Positions 25,788-37,032 of a stretch of 64,000 nt of DNA are shown here, piece after piece (the stretch's first letter is position 1; the number at the start of each line of letters is the position of its first letter). The position numbers and the translations under genes were made by a program. The notes under the pieces are model-generated. The model had not been told where the DNA came from and did no database searches. It saw only the letters and a list, made by a program, of their open reading frames with translations. The stretch comes from Paecilomyces variotii (lineage: Eukaryota): NCBI GenBank assembly GCA_004022145.1, contig RCNU01000008.1. One strand, written 5' to 3'.

Positions 25788-26832
25788 ACTGCAGTTTACT
25801 ATATCCTTCTTGGGAAGTAACATTCTGCACACGAAGTTCCTTCTACTATCCCGTGGCTTTGTCCCGCCGCCTTAACACCGAAACCTATAGAGAGCCTGGA
25901 TTACATCAAATGCAAATCCTCTTCCACAATAGATCATTGCCTTCTACCACCTTGCCATATTCCATTTCAACCACCATCATCCGATCTATACTCCTCTAGC
26001 GATTCCTCGTACTAACCCATTCTTGAGTTTTATCAATCACTTCATGCTGTTGTCCTCCGACCTCAGGTCATCCCGCTTCCCGCCATAGCGGGTATAGCCA
26101 TACAGGTTGGCCTTTTGATCCTTCCCACAGGTTTCTTCTTCAGCCTCTGGGCAGACGCTCCTTTACGAATGCCACTCCTTGCACCTGTGCTGTCTGATAT
26201 TGTCTTTTCTCCGGCTTGTTATGAACATTTTAGCGAAGTCAAGGGGCTGTTTTCTTGTCATATCCGCTTGGCGTTTTAATTGCAGTTTCGCATCATTCTC
26301 GTATTAAAATTTCCATCTGTCCCGGGCACTGTCAATGGTCTCCTATTCGAAGTTATTCCCAGTCAGTAAAACGGCCCTGTATCTCATTCTTTGGCCGACG
26401 TTGTGGCATGCCATCGATGTACCGTACGAGAGAAGGCAAGCAACTCCGGTCGAAGAAAGAAAAGATATGAAAAAAGATATGGTAAACTGGTGACTTGTGG
26501 GAGTTGTATCTGTGCGGCTCTTTGTTCTATAGGGATATTTGAATCTAGTTCTCTTTTTGATTGAGGGATCCCTACCAATCTTAGACCGTGGACGTAAATT
26601 GTAAGTCATGTAACCAACTGATATATTTTATTTATATGGAGTTGCAACAGCACCTCAAGCAGCATAGTTTCCTCACACACTACCTCCACACTCCTTTTGC
26701 ACTATTACCAAGACAATAATCATCCAATTCACAAAGCCTGCACTCCACTTCATTATAGTCCAGTTTCCAGCCCTATCCCATGCCCACCAAAAATAACATA
26801 GCAGGCAAGGTGGGATGTTCTTCGCCCGCATA

Positions 26833-26842
26833 GTCACGTGAC
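26833..26842. promoter_or_regulatory. bHLH E-box palindrome GTCACGTGAC upstream of RPC4
   Basis: Perfect 10-bp palindrome containing the Cbf1-type RTCACGTG, ~340 bp upstream of the ATG. Confidence 0.4.
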
Positions 26843-27182
26843 ATAGATGGTCAGGTAATTAACTGACCGATAAGGGACTAGCGCATCGCTCTCCGCCTTC
26901 GCGATTATCAAGCGCGCGCCTCTTTTTTTTGCCTGTTCAAAGACAGTCACCCCTCCCCCTCCTTCGCGCCTTCGTTATTATTCGTTTCTGAGTTGATCAA
27001 TTCCGGTCATTACCAGGGCATTTGAACTACTGGTCTTAACGCTTGGATTTGAGATCCTTTTTAAGGAGGGATATTGTCGTTGGATACTGTTTGATCGGTC
27101 TGAAATTGTTCATGGCCTAGCTTTTTACGACTCGCTACGTTCCTCGTCCCTCTCTCTCTTTCAAGAAGCGTTAACCACCACC

Positions 27183-28931
27183 ATGCCTCCTAAGGCTGCT
27201 CCTCGCAGAGCGCCAGGACGGCGCCCGGGGACCGCTGGTGAATCTTCCGCCGAACCCACTCCCCAGAATGCCTCTGCCTCGACGTCTGAAGCGCGAGCGA
27301 CGCCGACTCCAGGACCAGCGAGCGCCTCTGGCCGTCCTCCAGTGCAGCGTCTCCAATCCCTGAAGAAGGGCACACCGAGCGGAAGCATTGCGCGGGCGCA
27401 GTCCTCCGGTCTCGGTAACGATGGTCCCCAGAAGCCAGTATTGAAGTACCAGCCGCGTGCGGTGGGTAGAAGGAGCAAAGAAGAGCGAGAGGCGATGGAG
27501 AAACTCGAGGCAGAGAGACTTCGTGAGCGGTTGGCGGAAGCGGCGGCCATTCAGAGGGGAAGAGGAAATCTTACACGAGGCAGGGGAGGGGCTAGAGGAC
27601 GAGGTGGATTCTTGGGCTCAGATGTGGGCGGGCCTCTGGGATCAGCTTTGGGAGGTAAGCGTGGTCGTGGGGGTCGCTTTGGGACAGATTCAAGAGCTTC
27701 GTCTATGTCCAGACGGAGTAAGTCCGTCATTGGCGGAGCCAGCGGTGCTGGTGATATATCGTCCGACGAGAGTGACTCCGGGATCCGAGTCAGTATCGAT
27801 CAGATCAATCTGAACAGTGATGAAGAATTCGATGGAGTGGATGAGTCCAAGGGCAAGGGCAAAATGCCCGTCAAGGGCGCTGGACGAGGCAGGGATAGGG
27901 GACTACGGCCGATTCGAGTTGAGCGTCATGAGCACGAAGACCGCGTTGTGAGCGTCAATATGGACGGGAGCGCCAGTACATCAGCAGACTTGCGACGTCA
28001 AGCTCAGGAGAAGGCAGGTGATGACAATGCACTCTTTGTGGAAGAAGAGGTTACGCCACAGCCGACAGATACAGAACCACATATCAAGAAGGAACCTACG
28101 GATGGAGATGAGATCATGACAGATGCCATTCCACGTGCTGAAGAAGCGGGTGAGACATCCTTCATCTCCGACGACGGCTTCCTCCCAACACAAAAAGTGA
28201 AAGTGCGTAGGAAGGTCAGCATCAAAGACAAAGAGAAGGAAAAGGAAACGGCCCCGGCAGCAAAGGATCCCCGCAGCCTGCTACGAACCAAAGAAGAGAT
28301 CGAAGAGTTTGAGCGCCACGAGAACGACCTGAAAGCTATGATTGACCTGCTGGCGGTAGAGGAGAAGCCGTCAGTGCTAGAGCCTGCGGTTGAAGCCGGA
28401 GAGGCCGGAGAAGCTGGAGCAGAGGCAGCAGAGAAGGAGCTCTCTACCGAAGAGCAGCTTGCCAAGGACAAGCACGCTGGTCAACTATTCCTGCTTCAGT
28501 TCCCTCCTATGACCCCGAACTTGATTGCTGAAGGGGCAGATGGCGCAGACGGTGGTGAACCCTCCGCGGAGACCGACCATCCAGATGGAACTGGCATCGA
28601 GGGGAACGGAGCGGAAGTGGAGGAAATTGAAGCCAAGACAGTCTCCCGGGAACCGGCCAAGGTCGTGACCGCGGCCAACCAGAATCTCCGCGCAGGACGA
28701 GTTGGCAAGCTGAACCTACATGCTTCAGGACGGGTGACGCTTGACTGGGGCGGAATCAGCTTCGAATTGGACCGTGCAACAGAGGTGGACTTTCTGCAGG
28801 AAGCTCTGATCGTCTCCAACGCCTCTACAGCGACTGGCGAGGACGAGGATGCAGAGGAGAAACGGGTATGGGCTATGGGTCAGTTGAGCGGGAAGTTTGT
28901 CGTCACCCCCAATTGGGAAGCCATCCTGTGA
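27183..28931 (+). CDS. RPC53: RNA polymerase III subunit RPC4 (Rpc53); intronless
   Basis: RPC4 C-terminal domain GQLFLLQFPP...GRVGKLNLHASGRVTLDWGGISFEL...DFLQE...MGQLSGKFVVTPNW; RGG-rich N-terminus. Confidence 0.92.
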   Translation: MPPKAAPRRAPGRRPGTAGESSAEPTPQNASASTSEARATPTPGPASASGRPPVQRLQSLKKGTPSGSIARAQSSGLGNDGPQKPVLKYQPRAVGRRSKEEREAMEKLEAERLRERLAEAAAIQRGRGNLTRGRGGARGRGGFLGSDVGGPLGSALGGKRGRGGRFGTDSRASSMSRRSKSVIGGASGAGDISSDESDSGIRVSIDQINLNSDEEFDGVDESKGKGKMPVKGAGRGRDRGLRPIRVERHEHEDRVVSVNMDGSASTSADLRRQAQEKAGDDNALFVEEEVTPQPTDTEPHIKKEPTDGDEIMTDAIPRAEEAGETSFISDDGFLPTQKVKVRRKVSIKDKEKEKETAPAAKDPRSLLRTKEEIEEFERHENDLKAMIDLLAVEEKPSVLEPAVEAGEAGEAGAEAAEKELSTEEQLAKDKHAGQLFLLQFPPMTPNLIAEGADGADGGEPSAETDHPDGTGIEGNGAEVEEIEAKTVSREPAKVVTAANQNLRAGRVGKLNLHASGRVTLDWGGISFELDRATEVDFLQEALIVSNASTATGEDEDAEEKRVWAMGQLSGKFVVTPNWEAIL

Positions 28932-29410
28932 ACAAAGAGAGACAAATGGCCGCGTCATCATGTCTATTAATATTTATTTTGCTCTTTTTCACTCTTCGTC
29001 AGGAGACCGTCTGACATAGCCAGTTGTGTTTCCCCGTTGGCTAGTTACATACCGGCCCTGGAAGGTGGATAGTCGGTCTCCCGGTGTTCTGGACATGCGA
29101 GCGGAAGAGGCGTTCGGGGAATGCAAGGGGGGGAGAGGGCCGAGAGAGCCCAAATACCACTGCGAGACATGAAGCAATGGTTTTTTTTCCAGGTATTGAC
29201 TATCTGTCTACGCCATCATGAATTCCTGCATCCGATCTGGATCATGTGTCTTCTCCATCGCCGGGACTGGGAGCCGTGCGAAAACTCCTTCTACCCTCCT
29301 AGTGTCCTTTGCTCTCCCATGGAGGATAATGAGGGATATATTGAGGAGTGAGGAAAAGAGTGTTAAGAGTATTATTCTTATGCTGGAAGTTAGTTGCATG
29401 TGCATGTACA

Positions 29411-29432
29411 TGTGTGTGTGTGTGTGTGTGTG
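29411..29432. repeat. (TG)11 microsatellite
   Basis: Direct reading. Confidence 0.95.
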
Positions 29433-30709
29433 TATATATTTATATACCATATCCTTGGTAACTATATCCATGAAGTGCCTTTTGCAGCGCGGGATTTTTG
29501 TTGGTTGAACCCCACCTTGTACCCATGGGCGGGGAGATTGAGGGACTGGGGGACCCGCGTATCTACCCATAATAATATGGTAGATTGTGGCATAGTTCAA
29601 ATTCGGGAATCACCATAGATATAGATTAGGTATGATCAGATGCATGTTTATGCTGCTTGTCTCAAACTACTGAGAGCTATCTTGCTTCTTGTCAACTGTT
29701 GTATGCTCCCCCCGTGCCATTGCAGGCCTCGTGACTGGCTGTCACACAATTAAGGCTCCTTCCCAGGCGGGATCGGCAGCGGGACTTGCAGGGTCGCAGC
29801 TTCCTCGTACGGCGTCCCACGGGGCTCGCTCCGCCGCCAAGCTTTGTGTGGCTGGGAACTAATGCGGAGCTAATGCGGGACTAATGCCCGGAAACGGGAC
29901 ACTAGGCGACTTCTGGTCGAACCGGATGGTCCGCCAGCCAATGGCCGCCCGACTTAGTAGAAACAACAGACCACTGGTGACGCCGCAGCGGGGCTCGAGC
30001 CGCCCATTCCAGGCGTGGGCGAGCCAGTGAGGATCTGGACCCTCGTTTTCGCTCTTTCCGGCAGTTTCTCCTGTTTTGCTTTGTTCTCCCTGCAATTTCG
30101 TCTCTCGTTCAGGCTAAAGCCAGCAGACGATCTGCTTATTGATCTGTTATTTATTATTAACTTACATTTCCAATAACTAATCCATCCACCCCCCGTCCTC
30201 GTGGTTTTGTTTCGGTTCCCTGACCGTTCGTTGTCGCTGCTCGCACTATCGACCTTCGTTTCTTCGCCGTCTCTCCTTTCCTTGTGATTTAGATAGTTAC
30301 GGTTAGGAGGCGTACTCCGGGTCCCTCCCAGCCACTGATCGCAAGGGAAAAGCGAAACAATTGACTCTCCAGGGCTTGGAGAGCACATCAGGTCACACAT
30401 CCCCGAGTTGGAACAGACATTCGGGTCCACGGCCATCCGCTGTCTTCGGTTTCGTGCAGCAGATCTGCATTGGAGGGCCGGTTAAGTTAGTGACCTTATC
30501 GACTCCGAACCGAACCTCCCCGACCTCCCGGGCTACCGACCACCGTTATCTATCGCGAAGATCACTGAAGATCCATCCCACCGGCCACGTCGGTCCTCTG
30601 TCTGGCTTCTGAAATAAATAAATTGCCGCGGATCCCAAGGTGGAATTGACTGTAGTGATCCGGCAGCTCTCCTCCCGACTTCTACGGTCTCGTCAAGAAT
30701 TCCTGCACC

Positions 30710-31207
30710 ATGAAGGCATCAACCGTTCTCTCGTTCCTCCTTCCTGCGGCAGCAGTGCTTGCAGCTGAGATCCCCGAAGCTCCTACGGCGGTGGAAGCCA
30801 ACCCCGCTCCCCCGTCCATGATCACGCCAGCACCGGTTGTGGAAGAAGGCCCTGAGGGAGCCAGTGCACTGGAAGCCCGAGAGATTGTCGCTGGCGCCGC
30901 TGCGGCTCAACCGACAGACATCACGCAGGCTGGTTCGGTGACCACATATTGGCCCCAGACGGTTCTACCAAACGGCAAGGTGACGTATCTACCGGTCACA
31001 TATACACAGACGTTCGCCGAGGTCCCTGATCAGTGGCCTGCACCGTCGAGCGGCAGCATCGGGATGGGAACATTGACGGGGACAATTGGAGCGACGAAGA
31101 CCATGAAGGCCAGATCCGTCAGTGAAGGCACGTTGGGCCAGACACCGTGGATTGGGATGGCCGTCGGCTTGACATGTACGGCACTGGCGGCAATCATGCT
31201 TGGATAA
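30710..31207 (+). CDS. Secreted, probably GPI-anchored Kre1-like cell wall protein
   Basis: Signal peptide MKASTVLSFLLPAAAVLA; P/T/A-rich body; YTQTFAEVPDQWPAPSSGSIGMGTLTG resembles the Kre1 motif; hydrophobic C-terminal tail. Confidence 0.75.
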   Translation: MKASTVLSFLLPAAAVLAAEIPEAPTAVEANPAPPSMITPAPVVEEGPEGASALEAREIVAGAAAAQPTDITQAGSVTTYWPQTVLPNGKVTYLPVTYTQTFAEVPDQWPAPSSGSIGMGTLTGTIGATKTMKARSVSEGTLGQTPWIGMAVGLTCTALAAIMLG

Positions 31208-32418
31208 AACATTGCTATACTCCCTTACGCCATTCATACGATATCGGCACCGCTGCGATGGTTCCATCCCGGACTGAGAGGAGCCTATTGTCTGCGTCGA
31301 CTCTCTTCGACCTTCATCGACTGGCGGTGCTATTGCTTATCTCTTAATGCTACCTCCACTATATCCGCCACATGGTCGTCATGAATCTAATCACGACTCA
31401 TCTGTCAGTTGACGATATATTTCTCATTCACAGATGGCGTCGACTCACAGCACTGGATGGTTTCACCCCATCTAGACTGCCATCTAGCACGTCAATTCTA
31501 TTGAGTTCTTCGTTTCTCTCATCAGCGTCTCAGCGTTGCGTTTTCTTCCCAGCAGACATAACATTTTTCAACTGCGGGAAATTTGCATTTAAGGTCGGTT
31601 CTTCGTGATACCTTATCGACTATTGGCTTGCGGTTGCTTCTGTGTATATATTTGAACCTGCTTGTCATCTACGGCATACGTGCATATGAATCCTTGCTTT
31701 TTGGTGTTGCATGTTCCCCAGCCATTGGATTGGATTGGATTTGTCTTCGACCCGGCAAAATGCATTGCGTCGTCTCTGCCATCACTCTATCAAAGGATCA
31801 AAAAAAAAAAAAGAAAAAGGTCAGTGAACGCAGATTCGATAGCGGTTGCTGGGTCTTGAAGCATACTGGAGAAGGCAACGCGTCACGCTTCACTTCTACT
31901 AGTAGATAACGATAATAATATTAAAATTTGTCAAGACACTTCTGAAAATAGTAATTGAGCATCTTCATGTGCTGGATTCGCATTGAGGGTGTACCGTTCA
32001 TTCAATGAGACGGATCAATGGTGGCTTCTAACCAACATTTACCCATACAGATTTATTTGACTGGTTCGTAAAGTCCAAATGTTCAACCTGCCCCTGACGG
32101 TTTGAAAACGGACAGTAGAAGAACAGTCCCAAGAATAACTTTGATTGATTGATGGATTTATTGTATTATGCAATTATATACTAGCACTATATAGTTAGTT
32201 ACCAGTAATCCAGACGGGTAAAGGGTATCTAAGTTAAATAATGAGAAGATGATAATGAAATGGTTCTTAGTAGAGATGAGCATCAGATCTTGAAATCTAG
32301 AACCGTCTCAATAACCCCTTCCAAGTCCCGAAAGACTTTTCTTTTCATGTATGTGTGTATGTACGTATGCAATGTATGCATGCATATATTATGATGATGA
32401 CGATGATGACGATGATGA

Positions 32419-33915
32419 TCATGCACAAACCGGATTCTTGAACCCGATAGTCCACCGCAGACTGCCCATGATAATAACCAAAAAGGCCAACGCGACACCA
32501 ACGCTCATAAGGCCGTAGAAATAGGCATGGCGTCTGCGTCCGAGACCGTTGAGCTCCGCGACCCACGTGCTGATGGTGGTGGTACAGCCGCAGAATCCGT
32601 CCATGACGCCCTGGAGGACCTGGCAGCTCGTGAGGATGGATTTGGTCATTGAGGCAGTGGCGGAGAGCGCGCCGATGCCGGAGACGTGTTGGAGGTCGTA
32701 GCACATGCCTTCGATGATGGTGCCGAAGATGTTCACGGCGAAGGTACCCAGGGGGAAGGCGGGGATGCGGGCGTTTAGATGCAGAGAGGCGTAGAATCGA
32801 AGCAGACAGCCTAGCGGGGCGAAAACGATGGCGAAGACGGCGCGTCCACGCCAGTGTTCGTGGGTTGGAGGGCCGTCGTGTCGGTCTGGAGGCCAGATGG
32901 CCATGAATACGGCGCCGAGCCAGCAGCCCCAGGCGAGGAAGACGATGAGGGGGTCGAGGACTCTCCGGGTGAATCTGAACGGGATCGTGAGAGACAATGG
33001 GTCGAGAGCGAGAGCGCAGTGCGCGCCGAATATCAGAGAGGAGAGACTCAGTGCGACGGTAATGACGATGACCGCGACAAGCGCCATGAAGCTATATCCG
33101 CCGTTGCGGGAGACGTGGCCGCCGACTGGGACACTGAGATTGTTCGACAGAGCGAGGAAGACGTCCCGCATGAAGGATGAGAAAGAAGTGAGGGATCCAC
33201 AGAAGCCCGTCGTCAATCCGATATACAGCGGAATTGTCTTCTTGACCGATTTATGCTTCTTGGCCCATTCTGCGAAGGCAGCTTCATCTTCCTCAGTCCG
33301 TGGGTTCGAGTTATCTCCCCATTCCTCCCGGAACAGATTCCTGTCTTCACCAAAGAAGCCCATCAGGATGCAGCCACCCACGTTCGCCCACAGCACGCTT
33401 GTCACGACCGGCGCACCTGGGTAGAAGGTCAACGCTTGCAGGCCCAGACGCGCCAGGGTGCCCAGAATTGCGAAGAAGACCAGATAAGAAACAACATAGA
33501 GCTGAGTCGCACGTTTCGAGACCGAGGGAGCAGCGGCCGACGATCGTTTCTCTGCCTGCTCCAGTTCCGGAGGGGGCGGACTCTCCCTTGTCGGCGAGAC
33601 CTGGTGGTCCCAAGGACGTCGCCTCGAAGGCTCGCGAGAGACTGGAGGCGGAGCAGCAAGTTCAGACAGCGGGATGCCCTGTTCTCGTGCCGGATTGGGC
33701 GGGATACTCCTTTTCTCCTTCTCCTCTTCTTCTTCTCTGTCAATGGGAGGCGGCGCGGCGACCTCTGAGAGATGCGCCTCGTCCGCTGCGCGCGCCTCTG
33801 CGGCCGCTCCTTGCCCGTGGCTTTGCGATGTTTCTAGCACATTGTCTTCTGTGTCCTCTCTCCGCCAGGGATTGTTATGGATGGAGCCATTCTGGTTGCT
33901 GCTCGTATCGCCCAT
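32419..33915 (-). CDS. FEX1: Fluoride exporter FEX (two fused CrcB/Fluc domains); intronless
   Basis: GTLARLGL, WANVGGCILMG and GLTTGFCGSLTSFSSF in domain 1; PLGCLLRF, FPLGTFAVN and GVMDGFCGCTTTISTWVAE in domain 2. Confidence 0.93.
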   Translation of the reverse strand: MGDTSSNQNGSIHNNPWRREDTEDNVLETSQSHGQGAAAEARAADEAHLSEVAAPPPIDREEEEEKEKRSIPPNPAREQGIPLSELAAPPPVSREPSRRRPWDHQVSPTRESPPPPELEQAEKRSSAAAPSVSKRATQLYVVSYLVFFAILGTLARLGLQALTFYPGAPVVTSVLWANVGGCILMGFFGEDRNLFREEWGDNSNPRTEEDEAAFAEWAKKHKSVKKTIPLYIGLTTGFCGSLTSFSSFMRDVFLALSNNLSVPVGGHVSRNGGYSFMALVAVIVITVALSLSSLIFGAHCALALDPLSLTIPFRFTRRVLDPLIVFLAWGCWLGAVFMAIWPPDRHDGPPTHEHWRGRAVFAIVFAPLGCLLRFYASLHLNARIPAFPLGTFAVNIFGTIIEGMCYDLQHVSGIGALSATASMTKSILTSCQVLQGVMDGFCGCTTTISTWVAELNGLGRRRHAYFYGLMSVGVALAFLVIIMGSLRWTIGFKNPVCA

Positions 33916-34504
33916 CGCGACGAGTCACGCGATCGGAAAACAAATGCGATCGAATGCGGATAGGAAGCTGTCTCGATTGCCTGAAAGGCGTGTTGATGCG
34001 CAAGATCACAGCCGCTTCTCAAAAGGCTTGCTGCATATTTCCGGTGGTCCTCAGACCCTAGGGGTTGAGGAAAAAGGTGGCAAACGAGAGAGGAAAAGTT
34101 CGGAGTAGACATGTTGGATCGTCGGTGGAGCCGCTTATCTATCTAGACTTAGAGTATGTATTGGGGTAAATTAAACTATGGTAACTAGTTAACCGGAGAG
34201 GAACTGGAGAAGGATACAGTAGTTAGACAACAAAGGAATATTAGGAAATTATAAAGGAGCTGATCAATGAGAACTATTTATTTACCAGGCAGGGAATAAC
34301 ATCCATTGGGGTAATACCTCCGCGAGCGATTCGCTTGCTTGTCCTACGTTGTTCTTTTCTCCGACAAGAGCAACTCACTAGTAGCTCCTCCTCCTCATCT
34401 CTTCCACACCTCTCGATTAAGATCTGGGATTCTGCATCTTTGGATTTATTTACCTCTTATCGTCCTACAATCTCTTCCACCGATCGAGTCTGTCTCTCTG
34501 CATC

Positions 34505-35475
34505 ATGGGCTCGTCCTTCCCCGCCAACGTCCACGTCTCCGCACATCCCTGCCTCCGCGCGAAGCTGTCGCAACTGCGCTCCCATGCGGCATCTACACGA
34601 GAAACAAAGCTCCTCGTTCATGAGATCACGACGATTCTCGCCTGTGAAGCTCTAGGCCAGACGCTGACCGTCACGGAAACCGGAAAGGCAAGTGTGGTGT
34701 GGTTTACTTGAACTTCGGCCTTCGTGCGGGGTAGTAGAAGTGGCTGACTATCGCGATTATCTAGGATAAGACACCTCTTGGAGTCGAATATACAACGGAG
34801 GGCCTGGCACCGTCGAGTCTGGCTCTGGTACCGATTCTTAGATCGGGATTGGGGATGTTGGATGGTTAGTGATACAATACATCCATCCATTCATCCATAC
34901 ATCTTATCAGTTCCATACTGCACCGAGTCTATCGCACGTTATATGGATATGGATATCGCGACCTCGTCCTCCCCAATCTTCATCAATCAACCTCTACAGC
35001 AGAAAGAAAAAAAACAAGAACTAACATCTCCCCCCCTCCTCCAGCCGTCCAATCTCTCCTCCCAGACGACATCCCCGTCCACCACCTCGGTCTCTTCCGC
35101 GAACGCTCCACCCTCCAACCCGTCGAATACTACAACAACCTCCCCTTCCACCGTCCAGACACATTCTCCAAGACCGACACCACTTCAGCACCCAACGAAC
35201 TCGCCGCTCACACCGCCATTCTCGTCGACCCCATCATCGCCACCGGCGGCACGGCGGATGCTGCAATCCAGCTCCTGCGCGAATGGGGCGTCAAGCGCAT
35301 CCTGTATCTCAGCGTCCTGGGCTCCGAAGGCGGCGTGCGTCGCGCTGCGCAGGAGTGGCCGGAAGGCGTACAGGTCTGGGTTGGTGCGGTTGATCAGGCC
35401 TGCGATGAGCGTGGGATGATCGTGCCGGGTTTGGGAGATATTGGTGATCGACTCTTTAAGGCTGTTGGGAAATAG
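34505..35475 (+). CDS. Uracil phosphoribosyltransferase (Upp-like); 3 exons (introns 34688-34764 GC-AG, ~34865-35044)
   Basis: HPCLRAKLSQLR, TPLG, LVPILRSGLGMLDA, HLGLFRE..TLQPVEYYNNLP, PRPP motif ILVDPIIATGG, IVPGLGDIGDRLF. Confidence 0.9.
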
Positions 35476-37032
35476 GTGAGAGAGAGTTTCCCGTAGATCC
35501 GTACTGAACTGAATGGATTGGGCTCGTCAATCAGGGACCAAGAGACGTGAATTAGATCTATTGATTTCCTTCTTTTTCTTCTTCTTAAATCTAACTCGTG
35601 AATTTGCGACGTCTAGGGTGTAATGAATCGTGCCCTGCATCGAGATCGGGGTTCAAGATCCGAGATATAGAAGATGAGAGATGAATATGTGATATAAACT
35701 AGCAGGTTAATGCACGTATCGGAATGGGAAATAAATTGCATACATCTTGAAGAATAGTGTATACACTTGTTGTTAGGGCCGGGGATGGGAAGGTGAAACT
35801 TGACTCGAGACGGCCTTTAAACAAGTCAAGACTTTCTTGAGTTGTAGCTACAGCTTTAACATATCAGCTACGGTGACTACGAATTAAGCGCCTAGAATTG
35901 TCCCCAATAGATCCCTTATATTGTCGCTCTCAAACTACTATGGTACAGGTTGCGTTTGACGAGGTTATGCTCAAAGACGAAGAACAAAAACAAAAACTGG
36001 CAATTCAAAGTGTTGCTGGAAGATTAAAGGCAAAGCGGAGAAAGCAGAACAAAACACACAAAACGCTGCATGAAGACAATCACAGGGCTGAGAAGCAAAA
36101 AAAGCAAAGACACGATATGCAAGCAATAATGATTAGACCAAGAGGTCTGGAGAGGAGACTGAACTTCAATAAAAACTCGAGATTTTTAAAAACAGAGCTG
36201 CAGATGGGATCGGGGAATAACAGCAATAACGCAAGACGGCATCGAAAGGCATTAACGTTTAACTCTAGACAATGCAGAATAAACCAATAGCAAGCAAAAT
36301 AAACATGGTCTGGTAAAAACGAGTATAAGAGCGAGCGACGTGAAGGTTATTGATGCGAGAACGGCTCTTATATAGCGCACAAGGTATCAAGCAAAAAGGG
36401 GGTCAAAGGAAAAAAAAAAGTGGAAAAGTAGCGTCTGCTAAGAAGCAGATGCAGAAATGAAGCACTAAGCATTAAAAAGCGAGACTCCGTAGAGCGCTAT
36501 TAAGGAACACACAGGACCAGCCGGGTGTCGAGATGTTGCGTTTGCGAACAACCCATTAAAGCAGAAACATGACCAGACCGGACTCCTGTGAGCTCTTGCA
36601 AAACCAAAACAAAAACGACAAAGCCTGATAATGCGGGCGAGTGCTCAAATGACCAAAGAGAAGAAATACCAAGACCAGTCGGGAAAATACCAGCAAGAGG
36701 GGCCATGAGCAGACAGATGCCTGATGGAAAATATGAGGCCTATGACACCCATTCCCAAATCCGAAAGACACCTTTGACCGCCAGCCCGTTTGCTAATCCG
36801 CTTCCCAACCATACCGTACTTCCGGATTTCCGCCGATGACCCCAATAACAAAAGCCGAACCGTTGCAAATGAGAGTGATGAAACCTGATGTGGAAAATGT
36901 AGGGCCCTGACCAACAATGGGAACAAAGTTCTCCACGTGGGACTTGGCAAACGAGAGAGAGAAGTGTAGAGTCATTAAATGTAATCGGAAGCCAGGTTTC
37001 CGAAAAGAAAAGAGGTCGCAGGTTCGGACAGC

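Noticed and set aside
32828..34108. Long antisense or overlapping ORFs over FEX (similar ones over the C2H2, RasGEF and Zn2Cys6 genes)
   Set aside because: Expected shadows of GC-rich coding sequence; no domain features.
32419..35475. Divergent FEX-UPRT pair as a fluorine/5-fluorouracil module
   Set aside because: UPRT does not release fluoride. Both are ordinary housekeeping genes and adjacency alone is not evidence.
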